Part shown: piece after piece, positions 31,647 through 40,512 of the stretch
How the letters are laid out: every line of letters begins with the position of its first letter
Numbering within the stretch: position 1 is the stretch's first letter
From: Obrimoposthia wandeli
Taxonomy: Eukaryota
NCBI GenBank assembly: GCA_977020255.1
Contig: CDROCS010001028.1
Location: 124,001 to 188,000 of the forward strand
Length of the DNA stretch: 64,000 nucleotides
Reading direction: 5' to 3'
Position numbers and translations under genes: made by a program
Notes under the pieces: model-generated
Told to the model about the DNA's origin: nothing
Database searches by the model: none
What the model saw: the letters and a program-made list of their open reading frames with translations, nothing else

Positions 31647-33242
31647 ATGTCAGGAATTTTAAATCTAGATTTAAATGCTGCTTCATTTGATTGCACCTGT
31701 CAGTATATAAATCTATTTAATACCAAAAAATCGAGTTTTAAGTATATCGATCGGTTCATTACCGATATAAAGTTAGTGTCTTTTGTTTCACTATCCAATG
31801 TGGACGACTACTTTTCTGGATGTGATATCAATGAAAGGCAAAAGATATACGATAATATGGATGTGAATTGTCAAAAAAAATTCTTCGTTGGTTCAAAGTT
31901 TACAAAAAAAAATATTGATTTAAAAAAACTAGTCAACGACCTTATTAAGATAAACTTCCGTACTGATTCTATCTTATTAATATCTATACCTGATAAATTT
32001 TTTGAACAATGTAACAATAATGACATTGCATCATTTTTCATAAAAACAAAAAACTGGGCTATAGATCAAAAAATTGCAATTAATTTTATTATATATGGAG
32101 CGACGGTAACATCTATCATCAAGCCTAAACTTGCTTTACTTAATCGATATATCTCTGGACTGACTACATTACAACATATTGATGATAGTCATTCGAATTA
32201 CCATGTGATTTTTTGGGGAAGTCATCATGGTGTAATAAGTAATGTTGAGTTTAATCTCAGTACAAACAGCCGAAATCAATATTGTGTTACTTCTCGTGAA
32301 AACGACAGTAATTACCGTTCAGGTCTAAAGCTGAATGACGATGAAAGAGTATATGTATCAAAAACTGCCATTGATAATGGAATACAAGTGCCCGGAAAGG
32401 TCATTATTACTAATACTAATATTGATACTTTTAACATAATAGAGACTATACACATACAAGCCTCCACCGTAATCCTGAGTTGTTATGATACACACGAAGT
32501 AAAACAACTTGCCCTCGATTGCTTTCATTTAAGACGTAAAGCTGGCAGCGCTGTAAAAATCATTGTAAGAGAAATGGCTCAATGCCTACGGTATTCAGAC
32601 GAGAAGTTTTTGATGAAAGCTGGGGTTAACCTTATAGCCCCCTATAATATGTCTTATGCCAAATTTCTTAGTTTAATTGAAGCGCTTCAAGGACAAGTCT
32701 TTACTCGCCAGATACCAGATTCGATTGAGTCATTACTTAAATTTGATAAGGAGTATGGCTACAAAGGCTACCTTTCTAATGAAAACTTTGTTTCATACTG
32801 CTCTAAACTGATTGAAATATCAGAACAAACACAGTTACATTTCTCTTTGATAAGATTAAATCTTTTACCCGGAATGAGCTCAGAAGAATGCTTGCGTTTA
32901 TGCCACATTCGTCGTGATGGTGATATTGCAACTGCGTGCGAGCATGCTATATATGTATTATTTAGTGCGGTACGGATGAATGATGCAGAGACTGCACTCA
33001 ATAACATTTTTGAAATTCCAGTAATCGATCTCTTTCACTCCCATACCATCATTGAAAATAATTTTGAATTGGAACTGGAATTAGAGAATATTGTTAAACA
33101 TGCTATTGATATACCCGATGATGTTACAAACCTTTCTACCGAAAAACAGATTTTCTCCAGAAACAATGAACAAACAAAACCTAAGTCAGCTATCACACAA
33201 TTCGCGACAAACAAACCGCTGAAAACAAGGTACAAATTATGA
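31647..33242 (+). CDS. bcsE: c-di-GMP-binding cellulose accessory protein
   Basis: CLRYSDEKFLMKAGVNL and CHIRRDGD (RxGD I-site) motifs; divergent from bcsR. Confidence 0.9.
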   Translation: MSGILNLDLNAASFDCTCQYINLFNTKKSSFKYIDRFITDIKLVSFVSLSNVDDYFSGCDINERQKIYDNMDVNCQKKFFVGSKFTKKNIDLKKLVNDLIKINFRTDSILLISIPDKFFEQCNNNDIASFFIKTKNWAIDQKIAINFIIYGATVTSIIKPKLALLNRYISGLTTLQHIDDSHSNYHVIFWGSHHGVISNVEFNLSTNSRNQYCVTSRENDSNYRSGLKLNDDERVYVSKTAIDNGIQVPGKVIITNTNIDTFNIIETIHIQASTVILSCYDTHEVKQLALDCFHLRRKAGSAVKIIVREMAQCLRYSDEKFLMKAGVNLIAPYNMSYAKFLSLIEALQGQVFTRQIPDSIESLLKFDKEYGYKGYLSNENFVSYCSKLIEISEQTQLHFSLIRLNLLPGMSSEECLRLCHIRRDGDIATACEHAIYVLFSAVRMNDAETALNNIFEIPVIDLFHSHTIIENNFELELELENIVKHAIDIPDDVTNLSTEKQIFSRNNEQTKPKSAITQFATNKPLKTRYKL

Positions 33243-33430
33243 ACATTAGCGCTTTCATCTTAACGGTAGTGGTAAGCCTCTCTATTGGCATCATTATTGG
33301 CTATCTACTACGAGATATCTTGTCGGCTTTAAAAGCGTTCTATCATCGCCGTATTCAACAACCAACATACTTTGAAGAGCACATAAAAAAGGCTCAACCT
33401 TCAAACAAAAAAAATGAATTAAAATCATGA
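33239..33430 (+). CDS. bcsF: Small single-TM cellulose accessory protein
   Basis: 63 aa with one N-terminal TM helix; translationally coupled between bcsE and bcsG. Confidence 0.75.
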   Translation: MNISAFILTVVVSLSIGIIIGYLLRDILSALKAFYHRRIQQPTYFEEHIKKAQPSNKKNELKS

Positions 33431-35064
33431 GTAGCCAAGTCTATGACCAAAAAAATCTTCTTATCGGCCTAGGCTGGTGGAATGTTTACTTTATTATAAA
33501 AATAGCCTTGTATTTAAAAGGGGATATCAGTTTTCATGCTATTGAAAATTTTGCTTTTATAAGCTTTTTATTATTACCGATATCGTTAAAATGGCTAAAA
33601 ATTTCTAGGCATATTATCTCAATTCCCGTTGGTTTCTGGTTATTGCATTTTGATTCCTATCTACCGCCACTTGATAGGCTATGGCCCCAAGTCGGGCAAC
33701 TAATGCAGTTTGAGCTGAGCTACCTGATAGAACTTGCGGGTCGATTTGTTTCAATAACGACATTTCTAGCGATTTTCACGCTGGCTACTGCTTACTATTT
33801 ACTGAATCACTATATTCGAGTAACGGTTCTAGTACTGATTGCACTCATCTATATTAGTGTTCCCCAATCAATTATCACAACGCCCAATGCGCTAAATCCC
33901 CCCCCGCTATCAGCACAACAACAACCAAGAGATCAAAGTGAAAACGCAAAACAACCGTTAGATATGTCAGAAATTAACGATAATGTACTCAATAATTTTA
34001 AAAGTAACTTCTTCGCTGAAGAAGCAAAACGAGTCACAAACTTTGATGGCAACACCCAATCAGATGCCCCATTCGATCTTCTTTTCTTAAGTATCTGTTC
34101 TGTTGCATGGGATGATATAGAACTTGTGGGCTTACAGAACCACCCTCTCTTTGACGATTTTGACATCATGTTTGATAACTTCAACTCTGCAACATCTTAT
34201 AGCGGACCAGCAATAATTCGCCTCTTACGGGCAAACTGTGGACAAGAAGAACATAGCCAGCTATTTGATGATGCGGCATCAAATCAATGCTATTTATTTG
34301 AAAATTTGGCGGCGCTTGGATTTCAAGAAAACTTATTAATGAACCATAATGGCGTTTTCGATAGTTTCTTAAGCCTTATAAAAAAAGATGGGAAGATTGA
34401 AACAAACTTAATGGATCAAGAAGGGTTAGTCCCTTATCAAAAAGGCTTTGATGGTGCATCTATCTTTAGAGATAAAGAAGTTTTAAACCGCTGGTGGCAA
34501 GAACGTATAGCAAATGATAATGGTAAAGTCGTGGCACTATACAACACTATCTCGCTTCATGATGGCAACCGTATTATTAATAATAATTCGTCAACTAGCC
34601 TAATAAGTTATAAGCGTCGATTAAGCAATTTACTTGATGACCTGTATTATTTCTTTAATGAACTAAAAGCATCTGAACGCAATATTGTGGTTATATTAGT
34701 ACCAGAACACGGTGCAGGAATACGCGGCGACAAAATGCAAATTTCTGGCATGCGTGAAATTCCGGCACCATCAATTACCCACACACCTGTCGGGTTAAAA
34801 GTCTTTGGTAAAAATATTCAGCGAACAGGAAAAACAGTACATGTTACAACACCATCAAGTTATTTAGCTATTTCCTCTTTAGTGTCGAATATCTTAGATC
34901 AAAATATTTATAACTCAGAATCTTTTGACCCTAGAACACTGGTGGGTAATTTACCCAAAACATCTGTTGTTGCAGAGAACTCTGGCACCACGATTATGGA
35001 TGTTAATAATAAATATTATATTTCTTTAGATGGTAGTACTTGGAGTGAATACCCCGTAAATTGA
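33427..35064 (+). CDS. bcsG: Cellulose phosphoethanolamine transferase
   Basis: GLGWWNVYF, FDLLFLSICSVAWDD, SATSYSGPA, SLHDGN and VPEHG motifs. Confidence 0.95.
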   Translation: MSSQVYDQKNLLIGLGWWNVYFIIKIALYLKGDISFHAIENFAFISFLLLPISLKWLKISRHIISIPVGFWLLHFDSYLPPLDRLWPQVGQLMQFELSYLIELAGRFVSITTFLAIFTLATAYYLLNHYIRVTVLVLIALIYISVPQSIITTPNALNPPPLSAQQQPRDQSENAKQPLDMSEINDNVLNNFKSNFFAEEAKRVTNFDGNTQSDAPFDLLFLSICSVAWDDIELVGLQNHPLFDDFDIMFDNFNSATSYSGPAIIRLLRANCGQEEHSQLFDDAASNQCYLFENLAALGFQENLLMNHNGVFDSFLSLIKKDGKIETNLMDQEGLVPYQKGFDGASIFRDKEVLNRWWQERIANDNGKVVALYNTISLHDGNRIINNNSSTSLISYKRRLSNLLDDLYYFFNELKASERNIVVILVPEHGAGIRGDKMQISGMREIPAPSITHTPVGLKVFGKNIQRTGKTVHVTTPSSYLAISSLVSNILDQNIYNSESFDPRTLVGNLPKTSVVAENSGTTIMDVNNKYYISLDGSTWSEYPVN

Positions 35065-35091
35065 AACATTCACAAAAAAATTAAAGCAATT

Positions 35092-35119
35092 TACGCTCTA
35101 GGTTAACCACTAGAGCGTA
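35092..35119. terminator. Hairpin downstream of bcsG
   Basis: TACGCTCTAG-GTTAACCA-CTAGAGCGTA perfect 10-bp stem. Confidence 0.65.
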
Positions 35120-35143
35120 GCTTGGCTGCATTGTAATAAAAAT

Positions 35144-35179
35144 AGTCATAAAAACAGTCATAAAAACAGTCATAAAAAC
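35144..35179. repeat. 12-bp tandem repeat, 3 perfect copies
   Basis: (AGTCATAAAAAC)x3 with partial flanking copies. Confidence 0.9.
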
Positions 35180-35246
35180 TAATCATCAAAATACTGCCCT
35201 AGCCTAAAAAAACCTTCTCTTTGTCTACATTAGATTGTCTTAATCA

Positions 35247-35261
35247 TTCTCAATTTGCGAA
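35247..35261 (+). promoter_or_regulatory. SypG-type enhancer-like site
   Basis: TTCTCA-ATT-TGCGAA fits the TTCTCA-N3-TG(A/C) core known for syp/bmp promoters in V. fischeri; about 115 bp upstream of a sigma54-like site. Confidence 0.55.
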
Positions 35262-35374
35262 TTTAAATCAATATTTAAAATCAACATTTACCGTTTTACT
35301 ATTAATAATGGTTCGATCAACACACAACTAACTGTTTAATCGATAGTTTAAAATAGAAATGTGCAATTTAATCT

Positions 35375-35390
35375 TGGCATACATATTGAG
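35375..35390 (+). promoter_or_regulatory. sigma54-like promoter with a variant -12 element
   Basis: TGGCATACATATTGAG: a good -24 element, but GA replaces GC at -12. Confidence 0.5.
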
Positions 35391-35433
35391 TGTAATTATG
35401 AACTCTAATTAAAATCACTTAGAAGGAATACAA

Positions 35434-37602
35434 ATGAAATGTCTGAAAATTTTAATCTCACTGCTCTTATTATCTGCTTCTATTGAAGCTTATAGCGCTC
35501 AGGCATTTGATGATTGTCCGACTGAAGCAATGCTATTTCAAGGCAGTCCATCCTCCGTTTATGAAGTTGACCTTTCCTCTGGATCATATCAAGTTGCAAA
35601 TGATCAGAATACTGGCGCAACAGGTGTTATAAATGCAGTAGGCTTTAATGAAGCAGATCGCTATATTTATGGCTGGAATAAAAATGATTCAACGGTTACC
35701 CGTATTAATCAACTTTACTTCATTGAAAATGTAACCGTTACAGGCTTACCTGCCAATACTAATTTCTTTGTCGGTGACGTATTTGATGATGCTTTGTACT
35801 TCTATCTTAGAGGTACTGGTATGTATAAAATCGATTTAAGCACGGGTGATGACAATTTCATTGCCGTAGAAATAATGACAGCAGCTGAAGCGACATTAAA
35901 CTTAACGGATTTTGCATTCTACCCTGAAACTGGCGAACTATTTGCGGTAGAAAATAGCGCTAATAGCCTATATAAAATTAATTTCGATGGTTCAGGCAAT
36001 GCCAGTTTCACAAATATTGCTTCAACAGGCTTAACAGGTTCTACGACATTTGGTGCACAATATTTTGACGTGAATGGCTTCATGTACATCAGTAATAATG
36101 TAGATGGGAACATTTACCGGTTAGACTTGCGCGATATTTCTGGAACAATTGATGCTACCGCAGAATTTTTCGCGAGCGGACCTATTTCTGGCCAAAATGA
36201 TGGTGCTCGATGTGCAAGCGCCCCTGTTGTCGCAACAAATACTGACTTTGGTGATGCACCTGAAAGTTATAAAACTAGCTTACTGACCAACGGACCTCGA
36301 CACTTTATAGGGCCTAACTTTTTCTTTGGCGCACTGGTTGATGATGAAGGCGACTCTGCTGTTTTATCAGGATCGTCTGATGATGCTACAGGTTCTGACG
36401 ATGAAGACGGTATTGTATTTATCAATGATTTGAAACAAGGCTCAGACACCCGCATTCAAGTAACCATTGGTGGTGGTGCAAATACTTATGTAAGCGCTTG
36501 GTTTGATTGGAATGATGATGGTGATTTTGCCGACGATGGTGAACAAGCGATCACTGACCAATTATTACCACCAGGGGTGAATATCCTTAAATTGCGTGTA
36601 CCAGAAACCGCAACCCCCGCAACAACGTGGGCACGATTTAGAGGGGCAAGAGATGCAGGCGTAACATACTTTGGTGGCGTAACAGACGGGGAAGTCGAAG
36701 ATTACAACGTAACGATTAACGAGCAGAACCTTACCCATAATTACTATCCAGGTGAAGGTACATGGGTCACTTTAGCCTACGAAGATAATTGGCCAGAAAA
36801 AGATGACTTCGATTTTAACGACGTTGTAATGTTTTACCGTGTTGATACTGTCACAGATACAAATACAGGGAACATTGTTCGCTATGATATCTCAGGCAGT
36901 TTACAAGCATACGGTGCTGATTTTATTAATGGTTTTGCCGTACAACTCGATGGCATACCACGATCGGCTATCAATGAAGATTTAGCAAAGCTTGTAGTAA
37001 ATAGCCAAACTAAACACGCAGCAACAGTACTAGAAGTTGGTACTACGAATGCCGTTGCGGTTATTTCACCCAATTTAAAAGCTGAAATTACAGATCCTGT
37101 ATGTTCAGGTAGTGAAGGAAACTATTACCGTGTCTGGCAAGGGTGTTCAACCGATAGTGCTAATCAATTCGTCTTTGAAGCAAGTATTCCTTTCATTACA
37201 CCGCTTGCCGCAGGTACAGGACCCAGCATGCCACTTAACCCATTCATTTGTGGGTTAGAAGGTCGCTATCATGGCGATTCATTTAGTGGAAATCCAGGTC
37301 GTTCTCTCGAGATACATTTGAAAGGTGACGATATTACATCGGCGGCTTCTTCAAGTTTTTTCTCTACCAATGATGATACGTCTACATATACAAACTGCCC
37401 AGGTGAAAATTGTGATACTTACCATACAGAAAATGGTATTTCATTTGGTTTACTTATTGATGGCGAATGGAACCACCCAAGTGAAAGAACCGATATTTTG
37501 GCAGCCTATCCAGATTTAGAAGGGTATGCGACTTCTGGCGGAACAACGAATACTGATTGGTACCTGCGCAGCAATGCTGTAATTAATCAATTATTTGAAT
37601 AA
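35434..37602 (+). CDS. Secreted LruC/DUF4842-domain protein with a GEVED domain; Bmp-like biofilm matrix protein
   Basis: Signal peptide; CPTEAMLFQG N-terminus; TDFGDAP; literal GEVEDY; TLAYEDNWPEKDDFDFNDVV LruC-type motif; followed by a lipoprotein gene. Confidence 0.8.
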   Translation: MKCLKILISLLLLSASIEAYSAQAFDDCPTEAMLFQGSPSSVYEVDLSSGSYQVANDQNTGATGVINAVGFNEADRYIYGWNKNDSTVTRINQLYFIENVTVTGLPANTNFFVGDVFDDALYFYLRGTGMYKIDLSTGDDNFIAVEIMTAAEATLNLTDFAFYPETGELFAVENSANSLYKINFDGSGNASFTNIASTGLTGSTTFGAQYFDVNGFMYISNNVDGNIYRLDLRDISGTIDATAEFFASGPISGQNDGARCASAPVVATNTDFGDAPESYKTSLLTNGPRHFIGPNFFFGALVDDEGDSAVLSGSSDDATGSDDEDGIVFINDLKQGSDTRIQVTIGGGANTYVSAWFDWNDDGDFADDGEQAITDQLLPPGVNILKLRVPETATPATTWARFRGARDAGVTYFGGVTDGEVEDYNVTINEQNLTHNYYPGEGTWVTLAYEDNWPEKDDFDFNDVVMFYRVDTVTDTNTGNIVRYDISGSLQAYGADFINGFAVQLDGIPRSAINEDLAKLVVNSQTKHAATVLEVGTTNAVAVISPNLKAEITDPVCSGSEGNYYRVWQGCSTDSANQFVFEASIPFITPLAAGTGPSMPLNPFICGLEGRYHGDSFSGNPGRSLEIHLKGDDITSAASSSFFSTNDDTSTYTNCPGENCDTYHTENGISFGLLIDGEWNHPSERTDILAAYPDLEGYATSGGTTNTDWYLRSNAVINQLFE

Positions 37603-37623
37603 AACACGACAAAGGATTCTAAT

Positions 37624-38082
37624 ATGAACAATTTACTTTTAATTATATCTGTCGTCTTTTTATTAATAGGCTGTGGCGGCGGTGGCGGAGATGATGCGCC
37701 AGCCAGTAATCCTGATTCACCGGCGGATAGTGGTACAGTAAACGATGAATCTTCAGCTAAATTTGAATCATTAGTCGTACCAGACGGCTTCAACTTTAAA
37801 AGCTCTTATCCTGTAAATATTGTTATTGACCTTAATGAAACAGAAACCATGTTTTTAAGTATTTATGGGAAATATTCGATCGATGCGACAGGTACACCCG
37901 TACCAGATGCAAACAGCCGAATTATTGCTGGTGAAATTAAAAATGGTGATTTCAAAGGTACAATTACTGCCACATCCCAATTAAAAAGCTTATTAATTGA
38001 AGCGTGGTATGTAGAAAGCACACAAGAACCTTTCAGAGAAACCGTTAGCCTACCCGCTGAACAGGTAAATATTACGAATTAA
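37624..38082 (+). CDS. Lipoprotein, Bal-like partner of the Bmp-like protein
   Basis: Lipobox LLIGC followed by a Gly run; co-oriented 21 bp after the LruC gene. Confidence 0.75.
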   Translation: MNNLLLIISVVFLLIGCGGGGGDDAPASNPDSPADSGTVNDESSAKFESLVVPDGFNFKSSYPVNIVIDLNETETMFLSIYGKYSIDATGTPVPDANSRIIAGEIKNGDFKGTITATSQLKSLLIEAWYVESTQEPFRETVSLPAEQVNITN

Positions 38083-38124
38083 GATACTCTCTTAAAACAT
38101 GCAACAAACATCCTCAATATGATC

Positions 38125-38149
38125 AAGCAGCCAGTTACTGGCTGCTTTT
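38125..38149. terminator. Intrinsic terminator after the lipoprotein gene
   Basis: AAGCAGCCAG-TTA-CTGGCTGCTT followed by T residues. Confidence 0.8.
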
Positions 38150-38200
38150 ATTTTAAGGCTTAATACTGTATTTTCGTTAGAACGCTATGCGAATTACTCT

Positions 38201-38563
38201 TTATAAGTCATACATTTCAGTCATAATTGCACTTGCTGCCATCAATGCCACACAAGACATGCACCAACAAAAAGCAAATACAAACCATTTTTGAATGTGC
38301 TTAGGAACATTATCCCTTTTTTCGAGCATCCCATAACGTTTAGCATGAAAAGACCAAAGGAATACTGTGGCATATTGCAATACCCCTGTACCTGCAAAAA
38401 AGAGAGTCAAGCTATAAAATCGAACACCATCGTCAAGATTATCTTCTAATAAAGGTAGCCATTTTGATTTTAAATAGAACACTAGTAATATCCAAATAAA
38501 AGTGCCAACACTCCAAAATAATAATAAGATTAAAAAGATGTTTTCAGCTGTTTTCAATGACAT
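38201..38563 (-). CDS. Small membrane protein, putative immunity paralog 2
   Basis: Shares the YLK.KWL...ED..DD, AG.G...YA..FL and R..VPK.I pattern with 38794..39144. Confidence 0.75.
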   Translation of the reverse strand: MSLKTAENIFLILLLFWSVGTFIWILLVFYLKSKWLPLLEDNLDDGVRFYSLTLFFAGTGVLQYATVFLWSFHAKRYGMLEKRDNVPKHIQKWFVFAFCWCMSCVALMAASAIMTEMYDL

Positions 38564-38564
38564 A

Positions 38565-38708
38565 TTATTTAATGGAATTCATACGATATAAAAACCTCCC
38601 TCCTTTATTGCCTAAAAATCCACCAGACATTACGCCAGCACCTGCTACGATGGAACACCAAAAGAAACTAGTCCCGCTAGTTGGTAAACCAAATACAATG
38701 GAGCAAGT
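38565..38708 (-). pseudogene. Orphan C-terminal fragment of a toxin paralog, with no start codon
   Basis: Manual translation TCSIVFGLPTSGTSFFWCSIVAGAGVMSGGFLGNKGGRFLYRMNSIK* aligns with the C-terminus of 39150..40169 (GCNILFGVESLGTSLFWCTIVAGSGAGYLGG...NGIK*). Confidence 0.85.
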
Positions 38709-38793
38709 TGTACTCGATACAGGTGGTAGGTTAAACCTTACCTGACAGGGACTTGATCTCTGAAAATGCCTATATTTATGTAGCTATGGCGAT

Positions 38794-39144
38794 TTATTCG
38801 AGTAATCCACTACCAAAAAGCAGTGCAGCACCAATAAATATAAGCAATTGATTTAAAATAAATAGTCGTCGTATTTTCTTCGGTACTCTATTTCTTATTT
38901 CAAATCTATTACAGCGTCTAGCTTGCCAGTCAAATAGGAATATAAGTGCGTAACGTGTGATTCCTAAACCAGCAGAAAACACATTAGAAGAAAAAGAATA
39001 AGTGCTATCATCAACAATATCTTCTACAAAAGAGAGCCACTTACCTTTTAAATACAAAACAAAAAGAATACTGATAAATGCAACACCTAATCCAGCTACA
39101 AAAATAAGCATGGATATTTGTTGAGTTAAATTTAATTCAGTCAT
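38794..39144 (-). CDS. Small membrane protein, putative immunity paralog 1
   Basis: Three hydrophobic segments; starts 5 bp after the stop of the 339-aa gene; paralogous to 38201..38563. Confidence 0.75.
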   Translation of the reverse strand: MTELNLTQQISMLIFVAGLGVAFISILFVLYLKGKWLSFVEDIVDDSTYSFSSNVFSAGLGITRYALIFLFDWQARRCNRFEIRNRVPKKIRRLFILNQLLIFIGAALLFGSGLLE

Positions 39145-39149
39145 ATTTA

Positions 39150-40169
39150 TTATTTAATTCCATTAAAGTTATATATTTCCACTCCTAATTTCTCCCCTTT
39201 TGTCCCCCCAAAACTTCCCCCTAAGTAGCCTGCTCCAGATCCAGCAACTATTGTGCACCAAAATAAACTTGTACCAAGGCTTTCAACGCCAAATAATATA
39301 TTACATCCAGCATACGCAAGTGCACCGCCAAGGTAACCACCACCAATACTACCAACAGCCTTACCCGTTTGAGTAAACTTAGCCTTGCTACACGTAGCAG
39401 TATCACTAACAGTGCAAGCTTTTTGAATATTAGCTACCGCATCAAATCCAGTTAGTGCAATACCTACATAGCCTACACGCTTCAAATTACGTGACATTTC
39501 AGCTACAGCGGCATAGTTTTTGTGGAAATTAGGGACAGTGGTGACATTGCCGGGTTGCCTGCTCCATTGGTGAATAATGCTTTTAGTGCTTAGCCCTAAA
39601 TTACTGCGAATATCTCCAGATATAAGCTTTCCACCTAATGTAGGTTGTGCAAAACGACTGAGTGCGGTATCTAAACGCGCAAATTGCATTTTACGTTGAG
39701 TAAAGAAACGTCGGTTATTTAAATTGCCGTTTAATTTATAACTCGTAACATAGGTACGTTCTAAATCTTTTAAAATTAATTTTACTTGTTTGGTATGAGC
39801 ATTCCATGCAGTATTACTTACACCTAACAACAAACCATTATAACTAGCAACGTTAGATAAAAATTCATACCTATTCACCAGCAGCTGTTTTTCTGAATTG
39901 CTCAGTTTTAATAAGGTTGAGTCAACAGCTTTCGCTATGTTTAAAAACTCCGTTTCTTCAATTGTGCACTCTCGACTAGTCGCTGGTGATAACAATACAA
40001 CTTGTCCAACTTTTACCTTGTTGTCTTTTAAATGAGAATTTACTGCCCTAAAATGCTCGTAGACTATTTTATCTGGCGAGTTATACATAATCATTATTAG
40101 CTGATCAATAGGTATAGCCTTTTCAACTATGTGCATTGCCATGTGATTTTTATCAGATGACGCAACCAT
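39150..40169 (-). CDS. Putative membrane-acting polymorphic toxin/effector
   Basis: Degenerate LysM-like N-terminus (FRAVNSHL..VKVGQVVLL) and a Gly-rich hydrophobic C-terminal hairpin with paired Cys; GGAG SD. Confidence 0.6.
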   Translation of the reverse strand: MVASSDKNHMAMHIVEKAIPIDQLIMIMYNSPDKIVYEHFRAVNSHLKDNKVKVGQVVLLSPATSRECTIEETEFLNIAKAVDSTLLKLSNSEKQLLVNRYEFLSNVASYNGLLLGVSNTAWNAHTKQVKLILKDLERTYVTSYKLNGNLNNRRFFTQRKMQFARLDTALSRFAQPTLGGKLISGDIRSNLGLSTKSIIHQWSRQPGNVTTVPNFHKNYAAVAEMSRNLKRVGYVGIALTGFDAVANIQKACTVSDTATCSKAKFTQTGKAVGSIGGGYLGGALAYAGCNILFGVESLGTSLFWCTIVAGSGAGYLGGSFGGTKGEKLGVEIYNFNGIK

Positions 40170-40512
40170 TTATTACTCCTCAATATTATTTCTGAAGTAT
40201 TTCCAATTAACTTACTAGTATGCATAAGAAAGAATAAGCAATTGAAGCATGATGAAAAACAAACAAACATGCCGAAGAGTAAATACTGCGATGGACAACA
40301 AATAAGTCTCTGTAAAAAAGAATGATTTCACTGATATGTACATTCGACTAAGGAAGGTAGCTAACGCCGAAAAACTAACTACTGTTGACCTTTTTATCAC
40401 TATTTAATGCGGTGTTTTGGCCTATTTCGACCAATATAAAATAGCGTTATATAATGCAGCCAACTGGTGGCTGCTTTTATTTCAGGGTTTGCGACAGTTA
40501 TTACAATTGGGG

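Noticed and set aside
38557-38745. 62-aa plus-strand ORF in the track
   Set aside because: It is the antisense of the orphan toxin fragment, whose minus-strand homology to 39150..40169 explains the region.
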